This document shows positions 23,630-36,584 of a stretch of DNA of 64,000 nt, piece by piece. A model generated the notes under the pieces. The model did no database searches and had not been told where the DNA came from. It was given only the letters and a program-made list of their open reading frames with translations. The translations under genes were made by a program, and so were the position numbers. Every line of letters starts with the position of its first letter. Position 1 is the first letter of the stretch. Origin of the DNA: Octopus sinensis (lineage: Eukaryota); NCBI RefSeq assembly GCF_006345805.1, contig NC_043011.1, forward strand, positions 66,600,464 through 66,664,463, read 5' to 3'.

Positions 23630-25860
23630 TATCTAATAATAGCTTTGCTTGTTCACCCATACTAAGCCAATCTGTAACCCCTTCAGTATTTTTGTCATTT
23701 TTTTTATATTTGACCGTATGAGTACACGTCGCATGGGTAGACATAACCCCAAAGATTAACCCTTAATCCCGTGAAATATTCACACGGCACATATATGCAA
23801 TTTAAATAAGGCTGTATTATATGTATGGCGAAGATCCTTAACGCTATTAACCTTATTCTTATGTTTTTATACGTGTATTTCTGATATTTCACTCTTCTTA
23901 AAATTACTGAACAATGGATCGAAGAAGACAACTAACAGCTGCTCGTGAGAAGGTTATGCGCTACAGGCAGCAGACAAGAGAATCACGGCAGGAAATCAGA
24001 GAAAGGGATTGACATTGCCAACCTCTGAGACGAGCTGAAACGTATGAAGAGCAACGTGAGTCACACTTGCTGAAGAGGAAATACGAGACCAAGGATGAAA
24101 AACAGTGAACTCAGTACAATTAAACACAAAGATTGATATTTCAGCAGCGAATAGAAAACATGAATAACTTACAGCGTGCGCAGTATCTGGAATAACAGAG
24201 AAATATAATGCCAGGAGGAAATGAAAATATGTACGATGCACAACTTGACAGTATCAAGAGCAACAGTGAATTGTAAAACAAAAAGAAAATGGAAAATATG
24301 GATGATGTACAACGTGCGTAGTATCTGGAGAAATAGAGAAATATGCTGCAACAGAGAAGAGAAATTATGGATGATTTGGAAAGTGTTGCCTATTAACTAG
24401 GTGAAGGAGAAAGACATCAAGATGAAATTACAAATATGAATGCTGAGCTGGTCATTCGTTTGCAAGATGAACAGGCGCAACGACAGCGTGAGGTAAGCCA
24501 TGGACCACCATTGAAGAGACATATTGATAATCTTGTAGAACAATTCGATATAGGCGATATGGACTTATACTCCGAGTACTGTGAAGCAGTGAGGCTTACA
24601 AATGAAAAACTTCAAGTGATGTCAGAACGGAAATGTGAATTTGCCTCTACTGAAATCATACACTGAGACATTGAAACATTAGTCTGAGAAGAAATGACCA
24701 AGTGTCTGCTTCATTTCGTAAAACTGACAGAAATTACAACTGCGCATTTTCCTTTGCATTATATGGTGTGGAAAGAGGTCCGTATTGTTTATGTATTCAG
24801 GGCCGTACTTACAACAATACTACGAGCTGACGTCCTGTCAATGGTTATGTTGAGTTATATAGGAATATGCATTTCATTGAACAGCAAGATGAAATTGGCA
24901 AAACAGAAAATATACTACTACGCTACAAATTTCCAAGAAGCAGTGAAATACCGGCAGTGTTTGTTAATGAAAACGGCACCCCTGCCAGAAGACAGAGGCA
25001 TTTGTTATTTATATTTGATGCATATTTCTCCTCATCTTGTTTGTTGTACCCTCCAGTCTTCATCAGGTGTCTTGAAGAAATTTCGAACCTGGGTTCTCAT
25101 CCCTAAAGTATTTTTCGATGTTGTTATTATTACTATTATCATTTAGGTCACCGCCTGTAATCGAACTCAGAATCTTGGGGTTATTAGCCCGCGCTCTTAA
25201 CCACTACGCCATATGCCCGTGGGCATCTCTTAAATATAGAACAGAGGCATTGTTGTCTATCTTAGTAATACATCGTGCCAATTAGTACTACATCGCATAC
25301 ACATCGTGCCAATGAGTTATCAATGTCTGCACCCTTGTGGAGAATTCGGATGACACTGTTAGAAGCTACATATAGCAGAACACAGGACACTAGATCGCAG
25401 TCGGCTCACGATGCAAGAGTACCACAGATATCTCCTTATTTTCAAAGGAGGCTTCAGTATCATTCGCAGAATTGCAAAGCTATTTCAACAGTACTTAATG
25501 GATGCATTTGGGAAGATCGAGGGCCGCAGATTGCAGTATATAAGGGTCCATCATACCTAGTTGCATGTAGAACAGTACCATTGACTTACAGACTGCCTGC
25601 ATGGAAGAGCTGATGAGAATGTTGAAAGAAACCAGTTTCCCGTCCGCCTGTCATATGCAATGAATGTGAATAAGTCATAAGAGCAAGTATTTGTTAAAGT
25701 TGGGCTGCATCTGTATTCGGTCATGGGCAAATATATGTTGCAATATCAAGATGTCGCAAATTATGTGTTGTGAGAGATAAACCTTTTTTTACGCTGACAA
25801 ACAAGGAAACAGAAGAGGGGGAACAGGCACGAAGAACATACTCTGCAATGAAGTATTAAT
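23630..25860 (+). mobile_element. internally deleted autonomous Helitron relic (N-terminal RepHel region fused to the Pif1 helicase C-terminus)
   Basis: FDIGDMDLYSEYCEAVRLTNEKL; RYKFPRSSEIPAVFVNENG; TMQEYHRY..FSIIRRIAKLFQQYLMDAFGKIEGRRLQYIR; then directly RNQFPVRLSYAMNVNKS*EQVF.KVGL..FGHGQIYVAISR and RNILCNEVL*. Putative 5' A|TCTAATAAT near 23630; 3' hairpin not resolved. Confidence 0.85.
25000..25226 (-). mobile_element. tRNA-headed SINE, family E, with hammerhead-derived 3' part, inserted in the Helitron relic
   Basis: A-box TGGCGTAGTGG, B-box GAGTTCGATT, then GACAC-CTGATGA-AGACTGGAGGGTA (remainder of the motif deleted); paralogue at 34879-35155. Confidence 0.8.
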
Positions 25861-27511
25861 TTGAAAGGTAAACGCAGATTGAAATGTGTATTGACTTTGA
25901 CGCATCGTCTTGGCTTATAAATTATCAACGACGTAGTTTTCACAGTATGACATGATTCAATATTTTTCCTCCGTCAAATTGTACCCCCTATATTTTACAT
26001 ATGAAATCATCATTTTTACGACAAAACTTTGTTTTCTAGGTATAAAATTGTGACCACGTAAATTTTAAAATTTAATTTTTTGGTTTATGGGGGGAAATGG
26101 AAAAAAAGAATGAATATTTCTTTTACGAGTGCTAAGGTATATAAAGTGTACACATAAAGCGTGTTAAGTAATCATTGCTTTGCAATTTCCTTTGCTTTTC
26201 AATGCGTTGCTGATGTGGGACTTTATTTTGATACAGTCACAACACAGGTGATGTTTTTATTGATCAATTAGAGGAATATTTTGCAAGGGCCGTAGTGGTT
26301 TGATACCTTTAAGTCTAATGTCACTCATTTATATATATATGTACACACACACATAACATATATATTTTCTCCTTATCACTGATCAGTAGACATTAGACAA
26401 CTCCTAAATAAATAAATGTTGACTACTGGGACCGTGCCCCCCTCCTTTCTTGTTAAATGTTATGGATATCTGTGTCACTGGAATCAATTATTCCTTCTCT
26501 CCCTTAAAAACCTCCGCTAACATATAAATGTCTCTGTTGTGACCAAGTATACAATATTCTGGTAAATCTATTCTGCCAACTGAAATTGTAGCAGCATCAC
26601 TGTAAATTTGAATGTCCTCTAGTTTGAAGTTCAGGAATTCATTTGACGGAAACGGTTTTCATTAATCAAATAAAGATGTCGTTGGAAATGGCTGTATTGG
26701 ATTGAAATCTGTACCTTTCTGTTACTCATATTTTATTCACCTGTCTCGGAATCTGTCCTTCGTAAATATTGGGGAGTTTATATTTAATATAAAGTGCATG
26801 TCAGAATTGCTTAGGTTGAAGTTTTTCATTCATCTGGGCCTCACTGTCTAGATAGACTGCAATAATATAATTCGACCGATGCATATGTACCAATTAAAAT
26901 GGTTGTGTGTGTTCTTTATTCCGACTTAGCAATGTGCCTCAATTTAAATAACTGAAACTTAATTGTATATGTATCTATAAGGATATTACATTATGTATAT
27001 ATGTATAAGAATAGTAAAGAAAGGTCAGAAGGTATTATCATAATACTACTTACGGAAAATGAGAAGCAATATAAAGATTGAATAATACATTGGGAATTGT
27101 CCTGTTTATTTCAACTCCGCTTTGTATTATGGCAACTTACAGATAACATTTACATATATAATTATATACGATGTAACATGTGTTAGAACTAAACTAGGAG
27201 ATAAAAAATTTCTAGAATGACATACTAAATGGTAATATGTTTTGAAATTGTTATTCATTCCGAGAAGATTTGGGTCATTATCTGCAGGTGTAATTATACG
27301 GTTTACTTCATTGCTATATATATATGCAAAGAAACAGAATTTGTTTTCATTTTGTCTTTAAAACTTTAAGAAATAACTGACTGTTTTACATTCTTCATCG
27401 CTGCATGTGCATCAAATATAATTTGAAATATGACAGGAATATATTGCGTACGCTTATATTGCAGAACAAAATTAAACGGTTTATTGTCGAGTAAATCGCC
27501 ACCAAGATTTA

Positions 27512-28838
27512 GTTAGCTAGTTAGTTAATTTTTTGGCTCAAAAATCAAAAAGCAAGGCCATGTAAGGGGAGATGGAGTTATGTACAGGGTAGTGTTAATG
27601 TAAAGAGTTCAGGCCACTTGTGGTCAAGGGAGACTTTGAACCGAGCGGTCGTAGGCATCTTCACTATCTTGTCCGGCAGCTTATTCCATGGATCCGCAAC
27701 CCGGACGGAGAAAGTCCCTCTCCTTCGATTGAGATGAAAACGTCGCAGATAGAGCTTTTCGGAGTAACCCCGCAGCCGACGCTCTGGAGCAGGAGTGAAG
27801 AACAGCTCTTTCGAGAGGTTACACTTTCCGCTTATGATGTTGTGAGCAAGAATGAGATCTCCACGGCGTCGTCGTTTTTCTAGAGAATAAAGGTCGAGCG
27901 TCTTCAGCCTTTCTTCATAAGACAAATGCTTGAGACCAAGAACCATGCCGGTAGCCAGCTTCTGGACTCTTTCGAGATGATGTATGTCTTTGAGGAGATA
28001 AGGAAAAGAGGCTTGAATCCCGTACTCCAATATGGGTCTCACCAGCGTGACATAGAGCGGTAGGAATCTGGCTGCTGTGAGCATTCCGAATGACCGTCGA
28101 ATCAAGAACAGAACTCCGCGTTCTTTGTTGGCAGCATGGGCGCATTGGGCCGAAGGCGAAAAGGAAGAAACCACCAAGATACCCACGTCCTTTACCTGGT
28201 TGTCCTCTCTAGCAGCAGACGACCCGGCTCGAAATCAAGTTGAGTTGCAGGAGAAGAGCCAACAGGCAGATGACAGCACTTTGACACGTTCAGACACAGG
28301 TTCCATTCGTTAGACCATCTCCAAATTTGGTGGAGGCATCGACGAAGATCCTCTATATCACCGCGAGGAGTGACCAGTTTGACATCATCGGCAAATAGAA
28401 TGGTGTGTTGCGTGGGGTCGTCGGGCAAGTCATTTATGAAGACTAAGAACAATAAGGGCACAAGCACTGAACCTTGAGGCAAGCCACTGCTCGCACTGGA
28501 GACGTCGGACAGCGAACCATTAACTTGGACTTGGAAGGAGTGATCTGAGAGGAAGGCACCAACTCATCGTACAATATCCGGATGGAAACTATATGCTTGA
28601 AACTTGACAATTAATAGAAGGTGGTTTACCGAGTCAAAAGTTTTGGCAAAGTCCAATAAAACGATGTCAACAGCATCACTATCATCGAGGATGCGCACCA
28701 CCAATTCTTCCATTACCAGTAAGTTGGTGAAGCATGATCTCTTCGGCACGAAGCCGTGTTGGGAATCAGAGATAGAGGCTGTGTTTTAGAGGTGGAATAT
28801 CATACTTTTCTTAAGGATGGTTTCGAACATCTTGCTGA
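27512..28838 (-). mobile_element. 5'-truncated CR1/L2-clade LINE, RT domain to 3' tail
   Basis: QHGF.PKRSCFTNLL..DFAKTFDSVNH..PQGSVLVPLLFLVFINDLP..LFADDVKL..YVTLVRPILEY..LERVQKLAT..LEKRRRRGDLI..FSVRVADPWNKLP; (TAAC)n-like 3' tail; a few stops and frameshifts. Confidence 0.93.
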
Positions 28839-29083
28839 TTATTAATGTAAGGGAAACCGGTCGGTAGTTAAGCGGATCTTCGCGGCTCCCTTTCTTGAAA
28901 ATTTGGCAGATTTTCGCTGTTCTCCAGTCGAAACCGTCGGACAATTTGGCAAGCAATACAATGGAGTAACCTTGACAAAGTATCCTATATCACAACCAAA
29001 GAGGAGCAAATTGCTATCATGTTCACTATAAATTGGAAGATCGCCTTCGATATATTTCATGGCTATATACATACATATATACC

Positions 29084-29156
<73 letters not shown>

Positions 29157-29728
29157 TCTCTTGGCCTTATGAGGCTAATGCTATTACAGACATGCCTGTC
29201 AGAATCTTTCGGTAATATTGTATTTAATAAGAAACAATTGCAAAAATACCGTAATTCATTGGAGCGGATGGATGTCCGACACCGAAACAAAGAGCCACAC
29301 ACACGTATGCATACACGGACACACCACACATACACACATACTTACATACACACATATTTTCGCAGATACATATATTATATCTCTCTATCAATCTCTGTCT
29401 CTTTATCTATTTATCTATCTATCTATCTATCTTTCTCTTCAAGAAAACCACGAATAACCCGTCCGTGTTTCTTTTTCCCCCCTTTTTGTATCATCTGCCT
29501 GTATGTATTTTTGCCCCTTTTTTCTATCATCTAACTGACTGCATGTTTGGCGTTCTTCTCCAATATTTGGTATTCCCTTTTATATATTAGTTTCTTTCTG
29601 TGTCCCTTTCTGTAGAAATGCGTAGGCTGGAAACGTTAAATACTTTTTTCCCTTCCCATGCGTTAAATTAATATATCTGTTTGTTGTCTACATCACATGT
29701 CTTCGTCTTGTGTTTTTTGAGAATGTTC

Positions 29729-29781
<53 letters not shown>

Positions 29782-29939
29782 GTATGTATGTATTCATGTA
29801 TATATATATATATATATACGAAAGAAGGTTTGTAAATGCAATTTAAAAGATGTTTATTTACTTAACAGGTTTCACTCTTTGGAAAAAGATTGTCAAAAGT
29901 AACATAGAATATTATGAATTCAAAAAAGTTTTTTACATT

Positions 29940-30227
29940 ATTGCCACATAACATGTATATATACAGTCTTTGGTAATAGGGACATGTTAAGGACATAAAG
30001 AAGTACAGCAGTGTGATGAGAATATTTGAAAAAATGGGCAGAAAAGAATAAAACAAATATATTATTGGAAGTTTGGTTGCGTTAATTATTGGTTGTTCCA
30101 AATTGCCACATTACATGTATATAAACAGTCTTTGGTAACAAGGACATGCTAATGACATAAGAAAGTACAACAGTATGATGAGAATATTTGAAAAAATGGG
30201 CTGAAAAGATTAAAATGAATATATTAT
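29940..30227. repeat. diverged tandem duplication, about 125-bp unit (29940-30065 vs 30103-30227)
   Basis: ATTGCCACAT..CAGTCTTTGGTAA..GATGAGAATATTTGAAAAAATGGGC in both copies, with multiple substitutions. Confidence 0.85.
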
Positions 30228-30349
30228 ACATCTCAGGGTCAGTACAGAATATTATGAATTCAAGGCGAGTTTGTTTACTGACCTGTCCGTTTTAGCAGAA
30301 ATGTTGAATTGAGAAAGATGTACCCATTTTTTTCTGTTTTTGGCTTTCC

Positions 30350-32345
30350 TTCAAGCATCAATGATATTGGGGTTAGGATGAGGTGAATATATGTGTCTCT
30401 CTGCGTGTGTGTGAATATATGTGTCTGTGTGCCTGTAGTATTTAGTCAGATGGCGTCTGTTTGTCAAGTGTGTGTGGTCGTAATGGTGTTGCGCGTGCGC
30501 GCGCGCACGCACGCTTGAGTGTGGATGGCATTTGACATTGTGCTGCGTGTGTATATACGTGCCTGTATGGAGGTGAGACTGTTGTGAGTTTGCGTGCCCC
30601 TGTGTGCGTGCACACACACGTATACAAGCGTCTGCGTGTGTATGGGGGCTGATTTTGAATGGTTCCAGGGTGGCGAAAATAGATGTGTGTTGTTTAAAGA
30701 ATTTTTGGTGTAGGATGGTGTGTGTATATATGCGCGCCCGCCCGTGAACGCGCGCGTGCGCGTGCGCGCCTACACGTGTGTGCGGGCCATACACACACAC
30801 TACACATACATACACACACACACACACACATCATACACACACTCATATCTGACCCCCCCCACACACACAACACACACACATACAGAACACACACACACAC
30901 AACGCACACACATAAAATATACACACACAACACACAAATATAACATACTAGCAGTATCGCCCGGCGTTGCTCAGGTTTGTAAGGGAAATAACTATAAAGC
31001 ATTTTTAGAGAGTTATAGCCAAAAAATAGCAAAAAAATGGGGAAAAATGATGGTAAATTTTTTTGAGAGTTAAACAGGTGGAGTTGCGTCCCCTAGACGG
31101 TCTGTGGTTTGGGTTTCTGATTCTCGACCCCATGTCGAATTTATCGATTTTTTTCAGAACTGGGGGAACTTTTCAAAATTTTCGCTGCGTTAGTTTTGAA
31201 TTATGACATTGGGCTATGTGTGTGTCAAGTTTCATCAGAATCGGTTGAAAGCCGTGGTCAGAGTGAGGGTACGAGAAAACAGACACACAGAAAACGCACA
31301 GACAAACTGCCGTTTATATAGAGAGAGATTTATATGGAATATACACACATATAACACACACACAACACACGCACACATACATACATAATATAAATACAAC
31401 ACAAAAATACACCTGACACATATATACATACAATACACATATACAGCATATATATAATACACATACACAATATATACATATAACATGCATACACAATACA
31501 TACATATAATATATATATATAGACAATGCATATACACATATACATATATACATATATATAGTGCTTACATACACATACGTAAATATACCACATATACACA
31601 CAGTATACATACATACAATGTATACATATACACATACGCATACATATAACATATATATACACATAACATACACAATGCATACATATATATACATGCAATG
31701 TATATACATGTATTCGTGCATATATAACACACCTACAATATACATATATACAATGCACACATACACACACATATACACATAATGTACACATACATGTACA
31801 ATACACATACATACAATATACATATTCACAATGCACATGCAAATAATGCACATATATATACACACATATATATACACACATATATATATCTATATATATA
31901 TATATTTACACATATACACATACATATATATATAATGCACACACACACACAAAATACATACATATAGCGTACACACACATATATATCTACATACACACAC
32001 ACACAAAAATGTACTCACATATACACATATACCATGCATAGACACACACAACACACACATATATACATATATATATATAACATATACACATATAAATACA
32101 TACACACACAATGCACACACACACACATACGCGCGCGCACACACACACATACACAACGCACACACACACACGCACACAACCCACACAACACTCACACACA
32201 TACATAACCTACATATATATAATGCATGCGTGTGCGTGCCGCGTATGTGTGTGGTCAATGCCCGCTAGTGTGCCCTATGTGTGCCGATGCGTGCATGTGT
32301 CCACCTGCATGACATGCTGCGAGTGTGCGCGTGTTCCTGTGTGCT
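30350..32345. repeat. about 2 kb cryptic simple-sequence domain (CA/TA/TG/CG alternations)
   Basis: Directly visible; explains the many CVYM/HTYI low-complexity ORFs. Confidence 0.9.
30948..31328 (-). mobile_element. complete non-autonomous Helitron (381 bp)
   Basis: Minus strand A|TCTCTCTCTATATAAACGGCAG ... hairpin CCTGAGCAACGCCGGG, 8-nt spacer, CTAG|T; inserted between A and T with no TSD. Confidence 0.88.
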
Positions 32346-32373
32346 TGCTCTGGATGTGTGCCTAGGGGGTATG

Positions 32374-33842
32374 TTAGAGTATGTTTAGTTGTGGTCTGTA
32401 TTTTTGAATAAAATTACTTTCCCTATTTATTCGTGTTTGGTCTGTGATGTCCGAGCATTGGTATAGTGGGAAGACTAAGAATTTGGGGGCTTATTGTGTG
32501 CACAAAGGTCTAAGTGTCCACTTAGTGGTATCTGTCTTGTGGAGGGGTCCCTCAGTTGTTGTCGGTGAACTGTTATTCTTTCTCTGAGAGTAAGGCTCGT
32601 TTGCCCTATGTAGTCTTCGTGGCATCCTTCACACCTTATGACGTAGATTAAATTTTTTGATGCGCACGTGAAATTATTTTTTATGATGAATGTGTGTCCC
32701 GAGCGGAACTTGTACGTCGATCCCTCAATGAGGTGGGTGCAAGTCCTGCAGTTGGGGCGACCACATTTTTTTATGGTGGGCGGTGGGTTTGTGTTGTGTA
32801 ATTTTGCGTTGGTGAGGAGGTTTTCTAGGGATTTAGGTTGTCTCTTACATTTTATTATTTTATGAGCTGCCAGTAATTTTTTCAGGCGTGGGTCTTGATT
32901 TAGTTGTGGAATGTTGTTGTATATAATAGTGTAAGCTTCTGCATTCCTTGGGTTGTGTGTTGAGAGATAGGGGAGGCTATTTACTGTACTGTGGATTTGT
33001 TTGGGTTTTCGTAGGTCTTGAGTGTTGATTGATTTGGCCCGTTCTATTCCGTTGTCTACTAGTGATGCCGGGTAATGTCTTTCGAGAAGAATTGCCCTTA
33101 GTTCCCGGAGTCTTCTATTTCGTATTGTGTCATATGAGACAATAGTGCAGATTCTTCTCGCTAGGTTGAAGGGGATATTTGTCTTTGTGTGTTTTGGGTG
33201 ACTAGAGATGAATAGAAGTTATTGTTTACAGTCAGTGGGTTTGTAATGGATGTCAGTTTCAATGTTGACGCCTTTTTTAATGATTAGAATGTCAAGAAAA
33301 GGGAGTTGGTCCTGACTATATTCCATTGTGAATTGAATGTTGTTATTTACACTGTTGATAAGGTTTTTGAAGTCTATAAGTTGGTCGAGTGTAGGGGACC
33401 ATAGGATGAGGCAATCATCTAAGTAGCGTTTCCAGTTCTCCAACAGGTATTTGTGGAAAGACTAGCCGTACTTATATTTGGATTTTTCATAGATATGTGA
33501 TTCCAGGTAGACCATTACCAGGTTTGCATAGGTAGGTGCAACTTTCGTACCCATTGCAGTTGCTGAAACCTGTCTGTAAGTGTTGTTATTGAAATACATG
33601 AAGTTGTTTTGCAGAATAAATTTGAGGCCCTCAATGATGAATTCTTTCTTAATTCTTTCCGGGATCTCATTGGGATATTTATCCAGCCAGAATTTAATGG
33701 CTTCCAGTCCATATTCATGTGGGATTGTGGTGTAAAGATTAATTACATCAAAGGAAACGATTAAAGTGTCTTTATCGGTATGTTTGGGGAGATGATTTAA
33801 TAGGTCCAGGTCATCTCTTACAATACTTGGAATGTGTTTCAG
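32374..33842 (-). mobile_element. 5'-truncated Penelope-like element: RT C-terminal half plus GIY-YIG endonuclease (at least two stops and one frameshift)
   Basis: SFDVINLYTTIPH..AMGTKVAPTYANL..WKRYLDDC..LPFLDI..YKPTD..HPKHTKTNIPFNLARRI..CGRPNCRTC..FTCASKNLIYVIRCEGCHEDYIGQT..RERITVHRQQ..KYRPQLN. Confidence 0.95.
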
Positions 33843-33876
<34 letters not shown>

Positions 33877-34624
33877 AAGCTATATCTATATTTATCAATC
33901 TATCTCTGTATATACATATATATATATATAATAAAGGGCAAAATTAATTAATTAATTAATAATTAATAATTTTACCAAGTAGTTCGGCATGTTAAAAGGA
34001 CCATTATCAACAAACTTAAACAAACATTTTTATAATTTTGCTTTCTATTTTCTTTGCCTGGACACCCATTGCCATTTGATGTTTTTATAATGAAATGTTA
34101 TTAGGAATTATATAAAAGTGATTGATACAATATTATATGTATTGTTGATGTATAGCCAATTTATTACACATACACTTTACTTGTCTGAAGCCATTTTTTC
34201 TTGGCCCCTGAAAAATTACCGTGAACACCCAATTTATTGTGTTGTATCTATGAACCTCCAAAATCATATATGGACCTCCGGGGTCCATGTGAGCCCCTGT
34301 TGAGAAACCCTGATCTAAACAATATTGCCCCACTTCAGTCCTTGTTTCATTTTTTTAAATGTTAAACTAATGACGACAAATACCCACTCCTAAATGTTTG
34401 CTCTCTTCTAAACTTCTTCCTCATATTATTACATTAGAAGGTCTGCTAGCTAGGATATATATCTAGCATTAACTTTACTTGCTTCACCCCCTCAATTTGG
34501 ATTTCTCTATATCTTTTAAATTGCGCAAAAATGAGAATAGAACATTTTTCCAGTTAAGAATGTCCTATGCCTGGTGATTCTCAGCAAATCCTAAACGAAT
34601 GATTTCGTGTCATCGAAGAACACA

Positions 34625-34672
34625 GTCTCTCTCTCTCTCTCTCTCTCTCCCACTCGCTCTCTCTCTATCTCA

Positions 34673-34711
<39 letters not shown>

Positions 34712-34719
34712 TCTCTCTC
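34625..34719. repeat. (CT)n microsatellite
   Basis: Directly visible. Confidence 0.95.
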
Positions 34720-34878
34720 AGGTATCAATTTATCATCTTTCTGTGTTTGTGTACAGGGTGCAGTGAATAAACTCTCTAAATTAAACAAAAATGAGAATAA
34801 CTCTGACATCTCATTTTAACAGATATATTCACCAAAATTACATAAATATGTCTAAAAATACTAAAGAGTAAATTTAAT

Positions 34879-35155
34879 GTTCTATATCTAAGAAATGAGG
34901 AATTATGTACATTATTTATATTTGACGTACATTTGTCCTCTTCTGGTTTGTTGTTAACACAACCTTTCGTCTCCAGCCTTCATCAGGTGTCTTGGGGAAA
35001 TTTCGAACCTGGGATCTCATTCGTAACGTATTCTTCTATGCGGTTATCATTATTATTATTATTGTTATTATTAAGGTCACTGCCTGTAAACGAACTCGGA
35101 ATCTTGGGATTAGTAGCCCGCGCTCTTTACCACTACGCCACATGCAAATGGGCAA
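34879..35155 (-). mobile_element. tRNA-headed SINE, family E, with hammerhead-like motif at 34956-34991
   Basis: A-box TGGCGTAGTGG, B-box GAGTTCGTTT; GACAC-CTGATGA-AGGCTGGAGAC-GAAA-GGT-T-GTGTT. Confidence 0.82.
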
Positions 35156-35569
35156 TTATGGAGTGAAGCTTAGGGCTTATAACTCAAATATTCTCTTATC
35201 CTTCCTTAATACCGCTTCCCATATACTATTCATATCTGCACTTACTCTGTTTAGGAGGTGATTATGTCCTAGCATATGTGCTGCTTCTCTTCGTTTTCGT
35301 ATTTTCCAGTGGTGTTCTCTCTCTATTATTTTAATTTCTTCCCACAAGGGGACGTGGTCTCCATTTTTCTATACATGATCAGCTATACCCGAATTATCAA
35401 TATCTGCCAGCGTCACAGCTTTGCGATATTTCTCTACACTTATTTTGAGGGGGCCGCATAACTTACCACATCTACATGAGATGGAGTACACGCAGTTCTT
35501 AGTCATATTTTCTTCTATTGGTGAGGATAGATATCCGTAAAATATTAATAACGTAAATAAAAGTAAATT

Positions 35570-36241
35570 CATTCAATAAAATCGACATTGGCTTCAGCCA
35601 GGGTCTCCAGACAACTTCGGAATCTTATGCAACTCCTATGGACGGTAATCTTGTTTAATTTGGTGAATGCAGCTATAATCTTTGCCTTCATTTATTCAAG
35701 GAGTTTTCCTTGGTCTCCCGTTAAAATGCACCCCACACATAATAATGAAGGGGCTGCAGTCTGGGGATTCAGAGCCGATGCGGTCAAAGACATTCTCTGG
35801 TATCTCCGGAGAAGTTGTCTGGTTGCTAGACATAGGGTCTTCCAACAGCCATCCGCTCCCCCCAGGCATTTGATGTCGGCTTCAATGTTGATTCTGATGA
35901 GGTAGGGGAAGATGAATGGGGGCTTAACATCACCATCACTAGTGATGACTCCAAACACAATGATGCTGACTGGATGTTCGATTTTTATCATTCTCTGTAC
36001 ATTTCCTCAGATTGCACTATCCTCACATTGACATGCAATCACTCTAAAATATTCGCATTGGAAAGTCCGGTGCAAATGCCGAGTAGTACAGCATGTCGTT
36101 TTTAAATTTGTGGCAGATGGGTTTGCGTGATAGTCCTGCTTTTTCTCGCAGATGCACCCCAAAAGACATTATTATGTCGACAAAATGTGCATGCGCAAAA
36201 TTAAAAATTATAAAACGGCGCTATTTATTTAACGCACCCTG
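35570..36241 (-). mobile_element. internally deleted maT/DD37D-like transposon, copy 2
   Basis: Left end CAGGGTGCG; KRHAVLLGIC..VNVRIVQ joined to IEHPVSIIVFGVITSDGDVKPPFIFP..; ends GDFIE. Confidence 0.85.
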
Positions 36242-36257
36242 CATCTCTCTCTCTCTC

Positions 36258-36326
<69 letters not shown>

Positions 36327-36584
36327 ACCACAGAGAGTCCTGAGACAGCTTTTGTGGAAGATAACTAGGTTGTTAATGTCGCGTCTGTAGGGTAAAAACG
36401 ATTCTAAGCCATACAAGAGAGTTGTAAGAATGGCGACTTTATAGACCTGAACTTTGATGTCAAGTTCATTGTCCCTTTCATTCCAATATATTGAATATAT
36501 TAAATATTTTATAAATTGGCATGAGTGTCATCCGAGGAAAGGTTGCAACCAAATTTAATTGAAGATTATAATATACCTAATGTT

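Noticed and set aside
24035-24075. CTGAAGA..GAAA (also 25610-25630)
   Set aside because: No stem II; both lie within Helitron coding relics.
25180-25226. tRNA-like A/B boxes here and at 8640-8693, 19340-19403, 35100-35155 and 63490-63556 as possible tRNA genes
   Set aside because: No complete cloverleaf or acceptor stem was seen, and each continues into a SINE body.
26440-26900. Minus-strand stretch with protein-like fragments (FPSNEFLNFKLEDIQIYSD..DLPEYCILG)
   Set aside because: Multiple stops and no family recognised; possibly an old transposon relic, but unsupported without a search.
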